Source: Eledone cirrhosa | Taxonomy: Eukaryota | Direction of reading: 5' to 3' | Assembly (NCBI GenBank): GCA_964016885.1 | Contig: CAXHJY010001206.1 | Coordinates: 1-64,000 of the forward strand | DNA length: 64,000 nucleotides | Part shown: positions 39,375 to 51,960 of the stretch, piece after piece | Numbering within the stretch: position 1 is the stretch's first letter | Layout of the letters: each line of letters begins with the position of its first letter | Made by a program: the position numbers and the translations under genes | The notes under the pieces: model-generated | What the model saw: only the letters and a program-made list of their open reading frames with translations | What the model was told of the DNA's origin: nothing | The model's database searches: none

Positions 39375-39889
39375 TATACATATATACACACCTTTCTGTG
39401 TACAAACACGTGGAAAAAACTTCTCAAATGATGTACCATAGTTTATTCATTTCTGCCTAGCGTAAATTCGCGTTTATGCTATGTTACTCTATGTATGTGT
39501 GTGCGTATTCATATATATATATATATGAATATATATGAATATATATGGACCTGAGAAAAAGTACTCAATACCGAAGTAGAGATTAAATATTTACTATAGT
39601 TAAGTATTGAGCATTGTTATTCTGGAGTTTCACATGCGTACACGCAACCTTCGTGTTTCGCATTGAAGAAATGATCTAATGCCATTCTCGCCATAGCATG
39701 TCTGTTACAATACCACTACAAATAGCCTCGTATAATTTAGTTACCAGCCATCTCCCCCTCCTTTTGTTTCTCTAACGCTAATTCTTTGCTAAAACCTATT
39801 GAGATTACTCTAATGTCTCTTTTGAGAGTCCTCCACAACCTTTGCTTAACTAAATTGTTGTCTCAGTCCCTGTGAGCTTTATGTACCGC

Positions 39890-40640
39890 AAACGACATGT
39901 TCAGCTTCCAATAACCTGGTTCTAACCTACGCCTCTTATCTAGGTCGACTATACAGATCACAAACTTGTGATCTGAATAAGCGACCGTTTGAAATTGTGG
40001 ACAACTTATACTATTTTTATCTATTGACTTAATGAAAAACCTATCTATATACGATCTAGATAACCCTAGGCAGATGGGCCAGGTCTACACTGGCGCATTA
40101 GGGAAATCTAGTCGGGATCTGCCAGACAGTTGGAACTGGCTGATCAGGTACTTGAGGCTTTTTCACCACCCGCTCATATCAGCTACTCCCACATATACGT
40201 CGTAGATGCCGTTTCAGTCCCCGGCTAACAGTAAAGGGCGAGACATTCCCGGAAAGGCCGCCATGCGCCTAAAGAAGTCCGACCGTCCGGTCCCAGTCGA
40301 GCTGTAGATAGCCACCAGTTTAATGGCGCCACCGTCGTTACTATTCACATCCAGGACCACCAACTTACCATCCGGGTGCCGGAAGATTGACCTTACCTCG
40401 GGATCCAGGCCTTTCCTAAACCCCACTGCCACCCCACCTTCCATTCCCGGCCGACTAAGAGATGCGAAGATCTGATAGTCGTCGAAAATGGGGACTAGTG
40501 CGTGCGTGTCGGAAATTAAGGTTTCGCTGACGGCAATCACATCCATATCTTGTGACCTGAGGTCGTTTAGCAGGCAACTGTGCTTCCAGAGCGCTCCCAG
40601 TCCACGAACATTTAAACATCCTACTCTTAGGATGACTATG
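39890..40640 (-). mobile_element. L1/Tx1-clade LINE ORF2 APE endonuclease pseudogene
   Basis: Ordered motifs LNVRGL, DVIAVSET, GGVAV, DGKLV, AIY, LLAGD*N, SYIDR, YSDH and PGYWKLN, with in-frame stops. Confidence 0.9.
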
Positions 40641-42507
40641 TTGGCAGGCTAAATGAGAGAGAGAGGAAAGGTTTACTTACCTCCCGGGGTCTTGAGGAGG
40701 TCAGGTGGTTCGACCTCCATATTTGGTGGAGTTTCTTTTGGGAACCCTTTAAGAAGTCTGCTTGTGGGTCTTATATTCGGGGTTCCCGTGTCGCGAGGAA
40801 AGCTCTCCCTAATACCTTTGTAGAGGTCGAGTGACATTCGGACCAGATATAAATCTGGCATGCGAAATGTGCTCGTTCCAAATATCTCCCCCTCTTTTTC
40901 GATTTTTGTCGTCGTGCTATGAGGGCCATCAATTCCTCGTTGCACGAAAACTTGTGTGTTTTGTGGGTGTGGTGTTGGTGTCGGTATTGGTTTGAATGTG
41001 TTTGGGTTTGTCGTGTGTGTGGTGTCTGCATTTCTGTTGTGTGTGTGATGTGTGGAGTTTTTGTGTTCCCCCTAAACATTCTCCTAAGCATTGTTAATAT
41101 AAGAGCTCTATGTGTTAAAGAATATCCATTTTGCTAATATAATACCATAACTTTTGCGTTACAGTATTTCTAATGAAATATACTTTATTTCAATTTATTA
41201 ATGAAGAGTTTTGAAGGATTTTTTTTTTTTTAATAATTATTTCATTACTAAGATAGCAACTTAATATGTGATTCTTAAATAAAATTGTTGGAAGATTTAA
41301 AATTAAATAATAGGAACCCTTTAAAATGGGTTGTTTGTTTCAATGGTTTAGAAAGGGTTCGTAACAAAAGGATAAACACTTAGATGTATCATTGTTTTTT
41401 CTCTTAGGTTTTGCCTCACCTTCGCTACTGGAAGACGATATATCAATGACTGTGATACCAAAGTAATAATAATGATAATAATAATTTTATCCAGAAACCA
41501 CGTCATATGAAGGATGCAGCCTGGTAACGACTATCTTCTCCATACAAGTAGTTGCTACAGGTCGGGGCATTGTTTGCGAAAAATAGAGGCACGGATCGGT
41601 AGCTGGTTTAACGGGAAATATTGAAAGTTTCTGAGGTTCACTAAAGTTTGGTTTATATTTGGCTTTGATCCTCTGAGTTATATGTTTACAAGTTAGGGCA
41701 ATCATATTTGTATAGCCGTATGTATGATTCTGCATTGTGTATCGTGAAATAAATTTCAATGATCTATAATCCACAGCTCATTTTCTATTGGCAGCTAGAA
41801 CGGATTATTTACTTTAGAGAGTTAAAGGAAATGTGCTATAAATAGAGAGGTAAGGTAAATGTAGGGGTATAAAAAATGGCTGAATAGTGCTTGTATTGCT
41901 TCATTAATACATGTTGCCAACACTTGTGTCTCTATGCAAATTAAAGCAGATTATATTTATTAATACCTAAAATAAATATAATCACACGAATTCCATATTT
42001 ATTTTATAAACTGCGGTTAAAAATTGCTAACAATCTGCAGAATTGTGTCCAAGCCACCCCGAAGATGGATGAAAATAAGTTTCATTAAAAAAAAAAAAGC
42101 TAAAACATAAAACAAAAAAAAAATCTAAAATAAAACTTTACTCTTAAATGTTTTCACTCTTTTATAAATTTTCTCCTACAAATTTTGAGATAATATGCAT
42201 TATTTTTCAAAATGCCGTTCTAATTTACACAATTGCTATAAATAAATTAGTTTCCTAGTTAGTAATTTTTTTAGAATGTGTATTAGAGCGCTTGTAGCTA
42301 TTCCATATTCTTAGTTTTTCTGACTGGAGATTAAAAGAACTAATTTAGAAAATGTCACATAGTCTATAACTTTCTACTTAAAAAAGATAAACTATGGTGC
42401 AATATTTCAGCTACCTAGGAGTTACGATTAAAGGTATTTCTGCTGTGACTATTCCACTATTTAACCTGTATGTACGACTATATTATCTAATACGTTCTCT
42501 CTGTTAA

Positions 42508-42717
42508 CCCTTTAGCATTTAAACCGGCCATAACCAGCCATAATTATGTCACCTCTTTCCGTTCAACCGGCTGCTCAAACTGATATTAAGGTATTGTTCT
42601 CAAAATAAATAATATCAAAATCTCATAGATTGGATATTATATGAGATAATTATATGAGGTAAATCATTTACCGGGAAAATATAATAGTAAATATAGAGTA
42701 ATGTAAATACTAAAGGG
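42508..42717. mobile_element. piggyBac-type MITE
   Basis: TTAA on both sides; TIRs ccctttagcattta / taaatactaaaggg. Confidence 0.75.
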
Positions 42718-43326
42718 TTAAAACAGCAATAGCGTATCGTTTGAGGAAAATTTGGATGCTGTTTCTAGTATGTCGAGGGACCACACAAAGGCTCTTTCAT
42801 TGGCTGTCTCATCGGTTTCTTAGCCCCGTTATAATTGTAGTTGTTGCAGTAGTTGTTTAACCCCTGGTCGAAATCAGAATGAGAATAACGGATGAACGCT
42901 GTTTCAACCACGATCGTCCAAATATTAACATAAGGTGTCCTCTTTTTCTAACATATAGATTTGGTTGCTATTTCCTGTTGGATGATAGACCAAGTAGAAT
43001 TTTACTTACTGTAAAAGGTAGGTTTTGATGATAGAGAGAGCAAGAAAGAAAGGAATATAGAGAAAGACGAACAAATAGATAGGCAGAGAATGAAGAAAAG
43101 GAGATTTGTGTGGCGACAATATGAAGACAGAAAACCAGGAAGTGAAGCAAGAAGAACTGGGAAAAGAATAACTATGAAGTAGGAAAGGAAAAAAAGACAC
43201 ACATTTTAAAAAAAGACTAAGAGAGAGTGAATGGAAAATTGAAAGAGTTGTTAGGTAAGAAAAAGAAAAGAGTGAAAAGGGGAACAGTGTATGAAGAAAA
43301 AGTTATGAATATGAATAAAAACAGTA

Positions 43327-43358
<32 letters not shown>

Positions 43359-43406
43359 ATGAAATGACAGGAGGCTGGATTTGTGTAAATCCTTGAAAGG
43401 TTTATT

Positions 43407-43464
43407 ATACTATGATCATTTCAATGGCCGGGTTCCGTATGAATCCGGTGATATCATCAGGTAT
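43407..43464 (-). ncRNA. Type I hammerhead ribozyme motif (stem II base decayed)
   Basis: atac-CTGATGA-tatcaccggattc..gaacccggccatt-GAA-ATGATCAT-A-gtat; lies in a ~230-bp island between (TA)n tracts. Confidence 0.65.
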
Positions 43465-43564
43465 TCGAAATATAATACGTGAATGTAATAGATAAAATCC
43501 ATGGGGCTGAAAATCGAGGACCCGAGGGCGACCGCTATTCTGTTCCTTCAACTTCAGCCGGTCG

Positions 43565-43592
<28 letters not shown>

Positions 43593-43595
<3 letters not shown>

Positions 43596-43651
43596 GGAAC
43601 CAGTAAGACCCCGACGGCTGAGCTCAAGCCGTTTCGACGGCTAATTCTGGA

Positions 43652-43690
<39 letters not shown>

Positions 43691-43838
43691 TTTTTTTTTT
43701 TAGTCCAAAATTAGCCGTCAAAACGGCTTGAGCTCAGCCGTCGGGGTCTTACTGGTTCCTATTACCCACTCTACTACCCTAAGTATTGAGTACTTAGGTG
43801 CGTTATGGTCCACCTGGTTCCTTACCACATTTCCTTCG

Positions 43839-43840
<2 letters not shown>
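43593..43840 (+). mobile_element. Fold-back PLE-terminal element with A33/T15 centre
   Basis: Inverted arms 43593-43653 and 43702-43762; same family, arm boundary and tail as 21429-21625. Confidence 0.7.
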
Positions 43841-43901
<61 letters not shown>

Positions 43902-44211
43902 GGGAGAGAGAGAGGGTGAAAAAAAATGATAGAGAGAGATAGAGATAGAGAAAGAGAATGAGAGAGATACAGGTGAAATTAAAGAGAGAAGAGTAGTAGT
44001 CAGAGTTAAAGTTAAACATGACAGAAAGGGAGAGACTGCAAGACAGATATTGTAAAAAAAGATCAGCACAGATGAGAGATAGAGAGAAAGAAGGAGAGAG
44101 AGAGAGAGAAAATAAATAAAGAGAAAATTAATTGGAGGAGAATTCAACAGATTTCAGAAAATAAGAAAGAGAGTGAGGGAGATAACTAGATATACATATA
44201 TATATTACACT

Positions 44212-44306
<95 letters not shown>

Positions 44307-44308
44307 GA

Positions 44309-44373
<65 letters not shown>

Positions 44374-44525
44374 GCGGTATGAGGTAATATGTGTCTGAAT
44401 GTGAGTGTGTACATGTATTACACAGAATGAAATAGAATGAAAGAATAAGAAAGAAAGAGTTTTCTTTCGGACGGAGGAGAGTCTTCATGTTTAGTGTATA
44501 TAAAAGTGTACATATATTTGTGTGA

Positions 44526-44581
<56 letters not shown>

Positions 44582-44641
44582 TTTATTAGGCTAAGTTTGA
44601 GAGTTGTTACTTTAGAGTTTCCCCCGCGTACTCACAGAAGC

Positions 44642-44682
<41 letters not shown>

Positions 44683-44683
44683 A

Positions 44684-44718
<35 letters not shown>

Positions 44719-44914
44719 GCGCGCGGGGAACAAACAGAGACAGCAATATTAAGAGAATGAAAGAATGAGAGAGAGAATGCTTATTATTGGCGGGAGTGAA
44801 AGGAAAGATAAGAAGTCAACGAAAAGACAAACATACACGTACATTCACATATATACAAACATGTGTAACACACATACATACATGCATATATAGAAATGAA
44901 GACATCTTAAACAA

Positions 44915-45128
44915 AACACCACCCCCATTACCACCACCACCACCACCATCACCACCACCACCACCAACACCACCACCAACACCACCACCATCACCACCAC
45001 CACCACCACCATCACCACCACCATCACTACCACCATCACCACCAACACCCCCCATCCCCACCACCACCACCACCATCCCCACCACCATCACTACCACCAC
45101 CACCAACACCAGCACCACCAGCACCACC

Positions 45129-45159
<31 letters not shown>

Positions 45160-45710
45160 AAACCAGCACCAGCACTACCAGCACCAGCAACACCACCACC
45201 ACCACCACCATCACCACCACCACCATCACAACCAGCACCACCACCATCACCACCACAACCACCACCACCAACAACAACAACACCACCACCACCACCACCA
45301 CCAAAACCACTACTACCACCACCAACACCAACACCACCAACACCACCACCACCAGCACTAGCACCACCACCATCACCACCACCACCATCACCACCACCAC
45401 CATCACCACCACCACCATCACCACCACAACCACCACCACCAACAACAACACCACCACCACCAAAACCACCACTACCACCACCACCACCAACACCACCAAC
45501 ACCACCACCACCACCACCACCACCACCACCACCATCACCACCACCACCATCACCACCACAACCAGCACCACCACCATCACCACCACAACCACCCCCACTA
45601 CCACCATCATCACCACCACCACCATCACCACCACAACCAGCACCACCACCATCACCACCACAACCACCCTCACTACCACCACGACCACGACCACCACCAC
45701 CCCACCAACA
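44915..45710. repeat. Complex (ACC)n repeat
   Basis: acc/atc/aac/agc triplets. Confidence 0.95.
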
Positions 45711-45993
45711 TAACCAAAAAATTCAACACCATCAACGGCAACAACTACAATTACAACAACGACAACAATAATAAGAAAGAAGAAAAGAAAAAGAAGTTGA
45801 AGAACAAAGAAAGAAAGAAAGAAAGAAACAACAAAAAACAACAACAACAACAACAACAACAACAATAATAATAATAATAAGCAAAAAATCCAACACCATC
45901 AACAGCAACAACAATAAATACAACAACGACAACAAAAATAAGAAAGAAAGAAGAAAAGAAAAGAAAAAGACGTAGAGGAACAACAACAAAAAT

Positions 45994-46030
<37 letters not shown>

Positions 46031-46363
46031 CCAACAACAACAACAACAACAGCAGCAGCAGCAGCAACAACAAAGGGTAAAAAAAAAAGTAAAGAAAACT
46101 GCGCAGCTGCAGGCATTTATATATATTTTTCTTACTGCACGAAAACAATTCTATTTGTGAGAAAATAGAGAGAAGAGATATATAAACAACAACAACAACA
46201 ACAACAATTACAAGAAAATGTAAATAAATAGAGGAAAAAAGGGAGATAGAAAAATAACTAAAAGCAAACAAATGATATAAAGAATATATATATAAAGATT
46301 ATATATATATATATATAAATATATTCTTAAACACATACATACACACACACACGCATATATATC

Positions 46364-46417
<54 letters not shown>

Positions 46418-46433
46418 CACATATATATGTATA

Positions 46434-46523
<90 letters not shown>

Positions 46524-47109
46524 AACGAGACATGCAAGGTATTTCGGAATAAGAAAATGGAAATATTGTAATAATTTCTTACTAAGGTACATAGACTGTG
46601 ATTTATTGTTCTCTTTCTGAAACATTGTCAAAATGGAGATTATGTGAAATTCCTGCCTTTTTCGTTCTTTTTTTTTCTTTTTTCCTTTCGTTTTTTTTTC
46701 TTGTTTCCTTTCGTTTTTTTTTTTTTTCATATTCTTTTTTCACCAAGTGCGGTAGTGACGTAAGAGATGTTTGAGTGAAATGAAGTGAAGTGTAATAAAT
46801 TTATTGTTGTTGTATAGCCCCAAGATTAGTCCTGATCTAGCAGACGCATGTGACTTACCTATGTTTTTTCAAGCAAGGTTTATCATATGTCCACGAAGGA
46901 AGATTTGGAGAGAACATTGACTGTTGTGTGTTGTAGGATATAGGTTCTCTTGAGCAAGGAAGGATCTAGGTTTTAAGGTGGTTCTAGGTTTTAAGGCAGA
47001 AAGGTAAGTTCAAAAATAGGTAATACTGCAGATTTACAAACTTGCCCTCTAACTGGAGCCATGGTGCATATTTGCCTTACCAATAGTGGTAGACTGGTAT
47101 AATTATTAG

Positions 47110-47300
47110 AGCCTTGGAGAAAATGTTTAGGTGCATTTTGTAACAGTACTTTACGTTCTGAGTTCAAATCCGGTCGAGGTCAACTTTGGCTTTTATCCTT
47201 CCGATATATCGATAATATAAAGTAGTAGTCAAGTATTGGGGTCGATTGAGGTTTCTCTCTTCACCAAAAATTGCTGGCTTTGTGCTTAAATTAGAAACCA
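47110..47300 (+). mobile_element. tRNA-derived SINE (older copy)
   Basis: gagttcaaatcc B box and family body/tail. Confidence 0.7.
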
Positions 47301-47384
47301 TTGTTTTCTCTTCCAACTCACCAAACACTGAATGTTTGGATTCGATGTTGTGGCCAATTTCTTGACAATATCTTTTATTCCTTA

Positions 47385-48865
47385 CTAGCAGTAAAGCCCG
47401 GCGTTGCTCGGGGTCGCTCAGTAGCTGTGTTAAAGTTACAATGTTAAGTTTCTTTCTTGGCTTAAAAACTGTAGTGTCTACTGTGCAGACTTGCATGTGG
47501 TGTTTTTGATTAATATTCCCTCAACCAACAATATGCCTTATGAAGTTAAGAAAACATAACGATGACCCGAATGTTATAACAAAAGAGGATGCTGGGGATA
47601 GAAACTGCACTGGTTATTTATTAACAAAGATCGAAAATGTAAACACTGCAACGCAGAGAAAAACATTAGCGTAACCAAATTATCAGTTATGTCTGTCTGC
47701 ACGCCTATATCACCTCTCTGCACGACTGTCTGTCTGCACGCCTATATCACCTCTCTGCACGACTGTCTGTCTGCACGACTGTCTGTCTGCACGACTGTCT
47801 GTCTGCACGACTGTCTGTCTGCACGCCTAACGACGAAATATTTGCTTGTTTTACGTAGTCTTTAAATAGACTTGTTTTCAAGTAAAAATATTGTTTTAAA
47901 ATGCTTTTAAATGGAAATGAAGCAAAACGGAAGCTTAGTGTTTGAACTGATGAATTTTGCAGGTCAATATTTTGCTGGCTCGACAACTGTTAAAGACAGC
48001 GTAATTTTTTACGTAAGACGCTCAATGTAAACAGAACAAAGGGAAATAACTGATAACTTACGCTCAAAAATCGATACATTATATTCGATTTCGTCACAGA
48101 GGGTGGGTCAATTTGAAATTTTTTTTTTCCGATGTCTTCGCTAGGGCTCAATGTACAAGTATAGCAATTTCGATGCAATTCCGTGAGAGATTCTAAGAGG
48201 AGATGTGTGCCAAAAATCGATAGACAGACAGACAACCACAGTTTTATATATATAGATGTCTGTCTGCACGCCTATATCACCTCTCTGCACGACTGTCTGT
48301 CTGCACGCCTATATCACCTCTCTGCACGACTGTCTGTCTGCACGCCTATATCACCTCTCTGCACGACTGTCTGTCTGCACGCGTATATCACCTCTCTGCA
48401 CGACTGTATGTCTGCACGACTATCTGTCTGCACGCCTAACGACGAAATATTTGCTTGTTTTACGTAGTCTTTAAATAGACTTGTTTTCAAGTAAAAATAT
48501 TGTTTTAAAATGCTTTTAAATGGAAATGAAGCAAAACGGAAGCTTAGTGTTCGAACTGATGAATTTTGCAGGTCAATATTTTGCTGGCTCGACAACTGTT
48601 AAAGCCAGCGTAATTTTTTACGTAAGACGCTCAATGTAAACAGAACAAAGGGAAATAACTGATAACTTACGCTCAAAAATCGATACGTTATATTCGATTT
48701 CGTCACATAGGGTGGGTCAATTTGAAATTTTTTTTTTCCGATGTCTTCGCTAGGGCTCAATGTACAAGTATAGCAATTTCGGTGCAATTCCGTGAGAGAT
48801 TCTAAGAGGAGATGTGTGCCAAAAATCGATAGACAGACAGACAACCACAGTTTTATATATATAGA
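47385..48865 (-). mobile_element. Non-autonomous Helitron with tandemly duplicated 5' segment
   Basis: Minus strand starts TCtatatatataaaac and ends with hairpin cccg-agcaacgc-cggg then CTAG, between host A and T. The 5' segment repeats with a 609-bp period (second TC start at 48256). Internal ctgcacgactgtctgt minisatellite. Confidence 0.8.
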
Positions 48866-49159
48866 TTACAAAATCTTTCACACAACGGCTATTAAGTGTC
48901 TTAGCTTAGAAATACCATCACAAATGAGAAGTATTCAATATATTAACTAACAATTATATACTGTACATATTGATATAATGAAAGAGATTTGAATTGAGAC
49001 ACAATACAAAGTTCTCGCTATTTGAGTAAATAAATTGCTAGACGTGATTAGGAGCTTTGTCGATTGTTTCCATAGAGGTTTCCTTCTGTATGTGACGTAG
49101 TTCGGTTGTAAGTTCGATTCATGGACAAGACACGATACTTTATGATTCTTCAGTTCATT

Positions 49160-49372
49160 AAACTAGAAACAAAATGAATAACAGCAGCAACTAGAGGTGG
49201 ACGTTGTGACGGCCTGGCGCCACCATCCTGGGCGAGTATTGCACTCTAATTTACTTAACGCTGAGGCAACATGCTTCCCCTTGATGAGCTTCATGGATTC
49301 ATACAGAGTTTTTCGGTAACGTGGGTTCTTGTTGTTATGGTCCACCTCGTATCTTACCACACTTTCTTTGAT
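49160..49372 (-). mobile_element. Probable PLE GIY-YIG C-terminal relic joined to an inverted terminal tail
   Basis: NKNPRYRKTLYESMKLI resembles the R..ES..I helix of PLE endonucleases. The plus strand ends gttatggtccacc..cttaccacac..(TA)n like the 21.6 and 43.8 kb tails. Confidence 0.4.
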
Positions 49373-49385
49373 ATATATATATAAC

Positions 49386-49551
49386 TGTTTCTACGTTAGG
49401 CACAAGGCCAGCAATTACCCAGTGTATTACTGGTACTTTATTTTATCGACCCCGTAAGGATGAAAGGCAAAGTTAACCTCGGCGGGATTTGAACTCAGAA
49501 CGGTGATGGCGGTGGATTGGCAGTATCGGTAGAGGGTCGGACGCCATGCTT
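49386..49551 (-). mobile_element. tRNA-derived SINE with inverted 5' head
   Basis: Body on minus 49386-49500; head ggcggtggattggcagtatcgg on plus 49508-49551. Confidence 0.75.
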
Positions 49552-49898
49552 TGAGTTGGAAGAGAAAGCAATGGTTTCTAATTTAAGCACAAAGCCAGCA
49601 ATTTTTGGTGAAGAGAGAAACCTCAATCGTTATATATATATATATAACGGCGATGAATTAGCTTTGCGAGGTTTTTGATAAGAAATCGTGTGTCGAAACA
49701 AATATTGTTATACTTGGGGAGGGTCATATTTGTGTAATAATATTGCCAGAATTAATAACAGAACACACTCACTGTTTGGTTGGTTTTCGCTTCTGTGTCC
49801 TTTATATCGGTTAATTTAATTTATTCGGTCCTCAATGTTGCCATTGACTGACCCAAAAATACAGATACAATGTAGACAAAAACACATATATATAGTCT

Positions 49899-49940
49899 AA
49901 CAAAGTTCTTTCGTTGCACATCTGCAACATCGTCTGTGGT
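49899..49940 (-). ncRNA. Degenerate hammerhead motif in the PLE 3' pseudo-LTR
   Basis: acca-CAGACGA-t-gttgca-gatg-tgcaac-GAAAGAACTT; same GAAAGAACT junction as 1527-1569, with core U4 changed to A. Confidence 0.55.
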
Positions 49941-50196
49941 ACTATTATGTTTTCTCCCGTTGCATTGTATGCCTACGCTATCTTTATTTAGTCTGTTTAT
50001 TTATTTATTTATTTGTTTATTTTTTTGTCTTCTCTGCGCATGCGTTTGCGTGTGTGTATAGTGTTTTGTTTGATGTGTGTTCGTGTTTGGGTGACTGTGT
50101 ATTGGTTATTGTATTCTATCATAGTTTACTAGTGTGTGTTTATATGTGTTTGTTGTTATTGTGCTTGTGTATGTATTTATTTATTTATGTATTTAT

Positions 50197-51483
50197 TTAT
50201 ACTTCTCTTAGGTCAGTGTTGTTTGTTTGGGTGTTGTTATTCCATTCATTTTTTCTGTTAAGCCTTGGCCTTCTAAGTTCTATTTCGCTGGCCTCTCTGA
50301 TTTGCCTATCTGCTGGGTCATTTCTATGTTTAGATATTATTCTAATTTCTATGTTGTCTATGTTACCGTCGTGTTATTGTCTGGAATGTTCGTATAGTAC
50401 TGAACCGTTTTTTCGTCCTTTTAGTTCCCCCCAGTGTTGGTCTATCCTTTCATCTATGTTACGAGCTGTCTCGCCTTTGTATGTAGTTGTCATGTTTCTG
50501 CAAGTACCCTCTGTACATCTTATGCTATAGACTACGTTTCTAGTTTTACAGTTTATCCGGGGGTTTACTTTACATCTGATACATTTCCTATTAGTACAGT
50601 GGGTTTTCTAAAAAGGGTGGGTTTTGCTTCTCAGGGATTTCATGGTGATTCCTGGCTTTTCTACCACCTTAATCTTTAAGTGGGTCTTTCTCAGGGCCTT
50701 TCTACACTGGTTAGCTAATTTCCCCCCAGGGGTAGCGTCCACAAACATGACACTCTGGTATCTCTGGTTGTCGTACCATGAGGTGGCTTTCCCTATCTTA
50801 TGTCTAGTCCTATCTAAGCTATTCCATGATTTGCTCCTGTATAATGGGCAAATTCCTTTCATGTCCAGTTCTATGAGGGTCTTATACTTCTCCGTGGCCC
50901 CTTCGTATACTCTGATTCTGTCTCTTTGGTTGTAGCCAGAGAACTGCATGCGGTTGATGAAGTGTTGGATGTGTCTTTCCATTTCTGTTGGGTCGCACAT
51001 GCGAGACACGTTCTTCATCACTCGTACCAAGTCTGCGATCAGAATATTAAACTTAGCACTACTGGACATTGCTGAGTTTTTGAGTATCAGGTATTTAGAG
51101 GCCATGGGTTTAGCATAGTGTGAGTGGCGAATTTGGGCTCTCTCGTCTATAGTGTTAATCCAGAGTTCCGTGTCTAATACAGGTAGTCTATTGTTAGGGT
51201 GTTTGGAAGGGTAGTCGATAGTTACAATTATACTATGGTGTATGGAATTAGCTATTTGCTGGATGCTTTCCATTGTGCTACGTTCTAAATCAAACTTGTT
51301 AGTGCTCTCTTGTGGGGGATGTCCTTATTACTATATTGATGTCGTCTACGTAACGAGAGTACATGATGAGGTCTATGGAACTCTCATCAAGGAGATCTTT
51401 GAGTCTCCTTTCCCACCATACCATAAAGAGGTTGGCAACGTCACCAGCTATGCTGACGCCAATGGCTGCTCCATCATTTTGGG
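50197..51483 (-). pseudogene. PLE reverse transcriptase / GIY-YIG endonuclease pseudogene
   Basis: [13 protein letters not shown] (51341-51352), LPVLD, KPMAS, RMQFSGY, FVDATP, KVVE, Cys linker CTNRKCIRC..NC, NVVY..YKGET.R, REA, LNRKNEW. One frameshift near 51310; stops at 50608 (TAG) and 50374 (TAA). Confidence 0.9.
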
Positions 51484-51503
51484 ATATGAACCTCCCCAAG
51501 TAT

Positions 51504-51717
<214 letters not shown>

Positions 51718-51738
51718 ATGTATATATATATATGTGTG

Positions 51739-51849
<111 letters not shown>

Positions 51850-51879
51850 TCACAAGAGGATAACTCACTCTTTCATTCT

Positions 51880-51960
51880 CTGGAAAAAATTGGCTGTGTT
51901 CCGAGCTAGTGAGGGATGGCTTTCAGCAGCTTTAAAATGCCCAAGATACGTCGTATCTTA
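51880..51960 (+). mobile_element. Possible pogo/Tigger (CENP-B HTH) transposase relic
   Basis: FRASEGWL at 51899-51922 matches the F.AS.GWL motif; single short motif only. Confidence 0.35.

Noticed and set aside
41487-41774. Faint mariner-like words (NA/RP-VA..HPSY) on the minus strand
   Set aside because: Needs frameshifts and lacks the catalytic Asp and YSPDL motif.
50374-50610. Selenocysteine read-through in the PLE ORF
   Set aside because: The in-frame stops are TAG and TAA, not TGA, and there is also a frameshift, which indicates ordinary decay.
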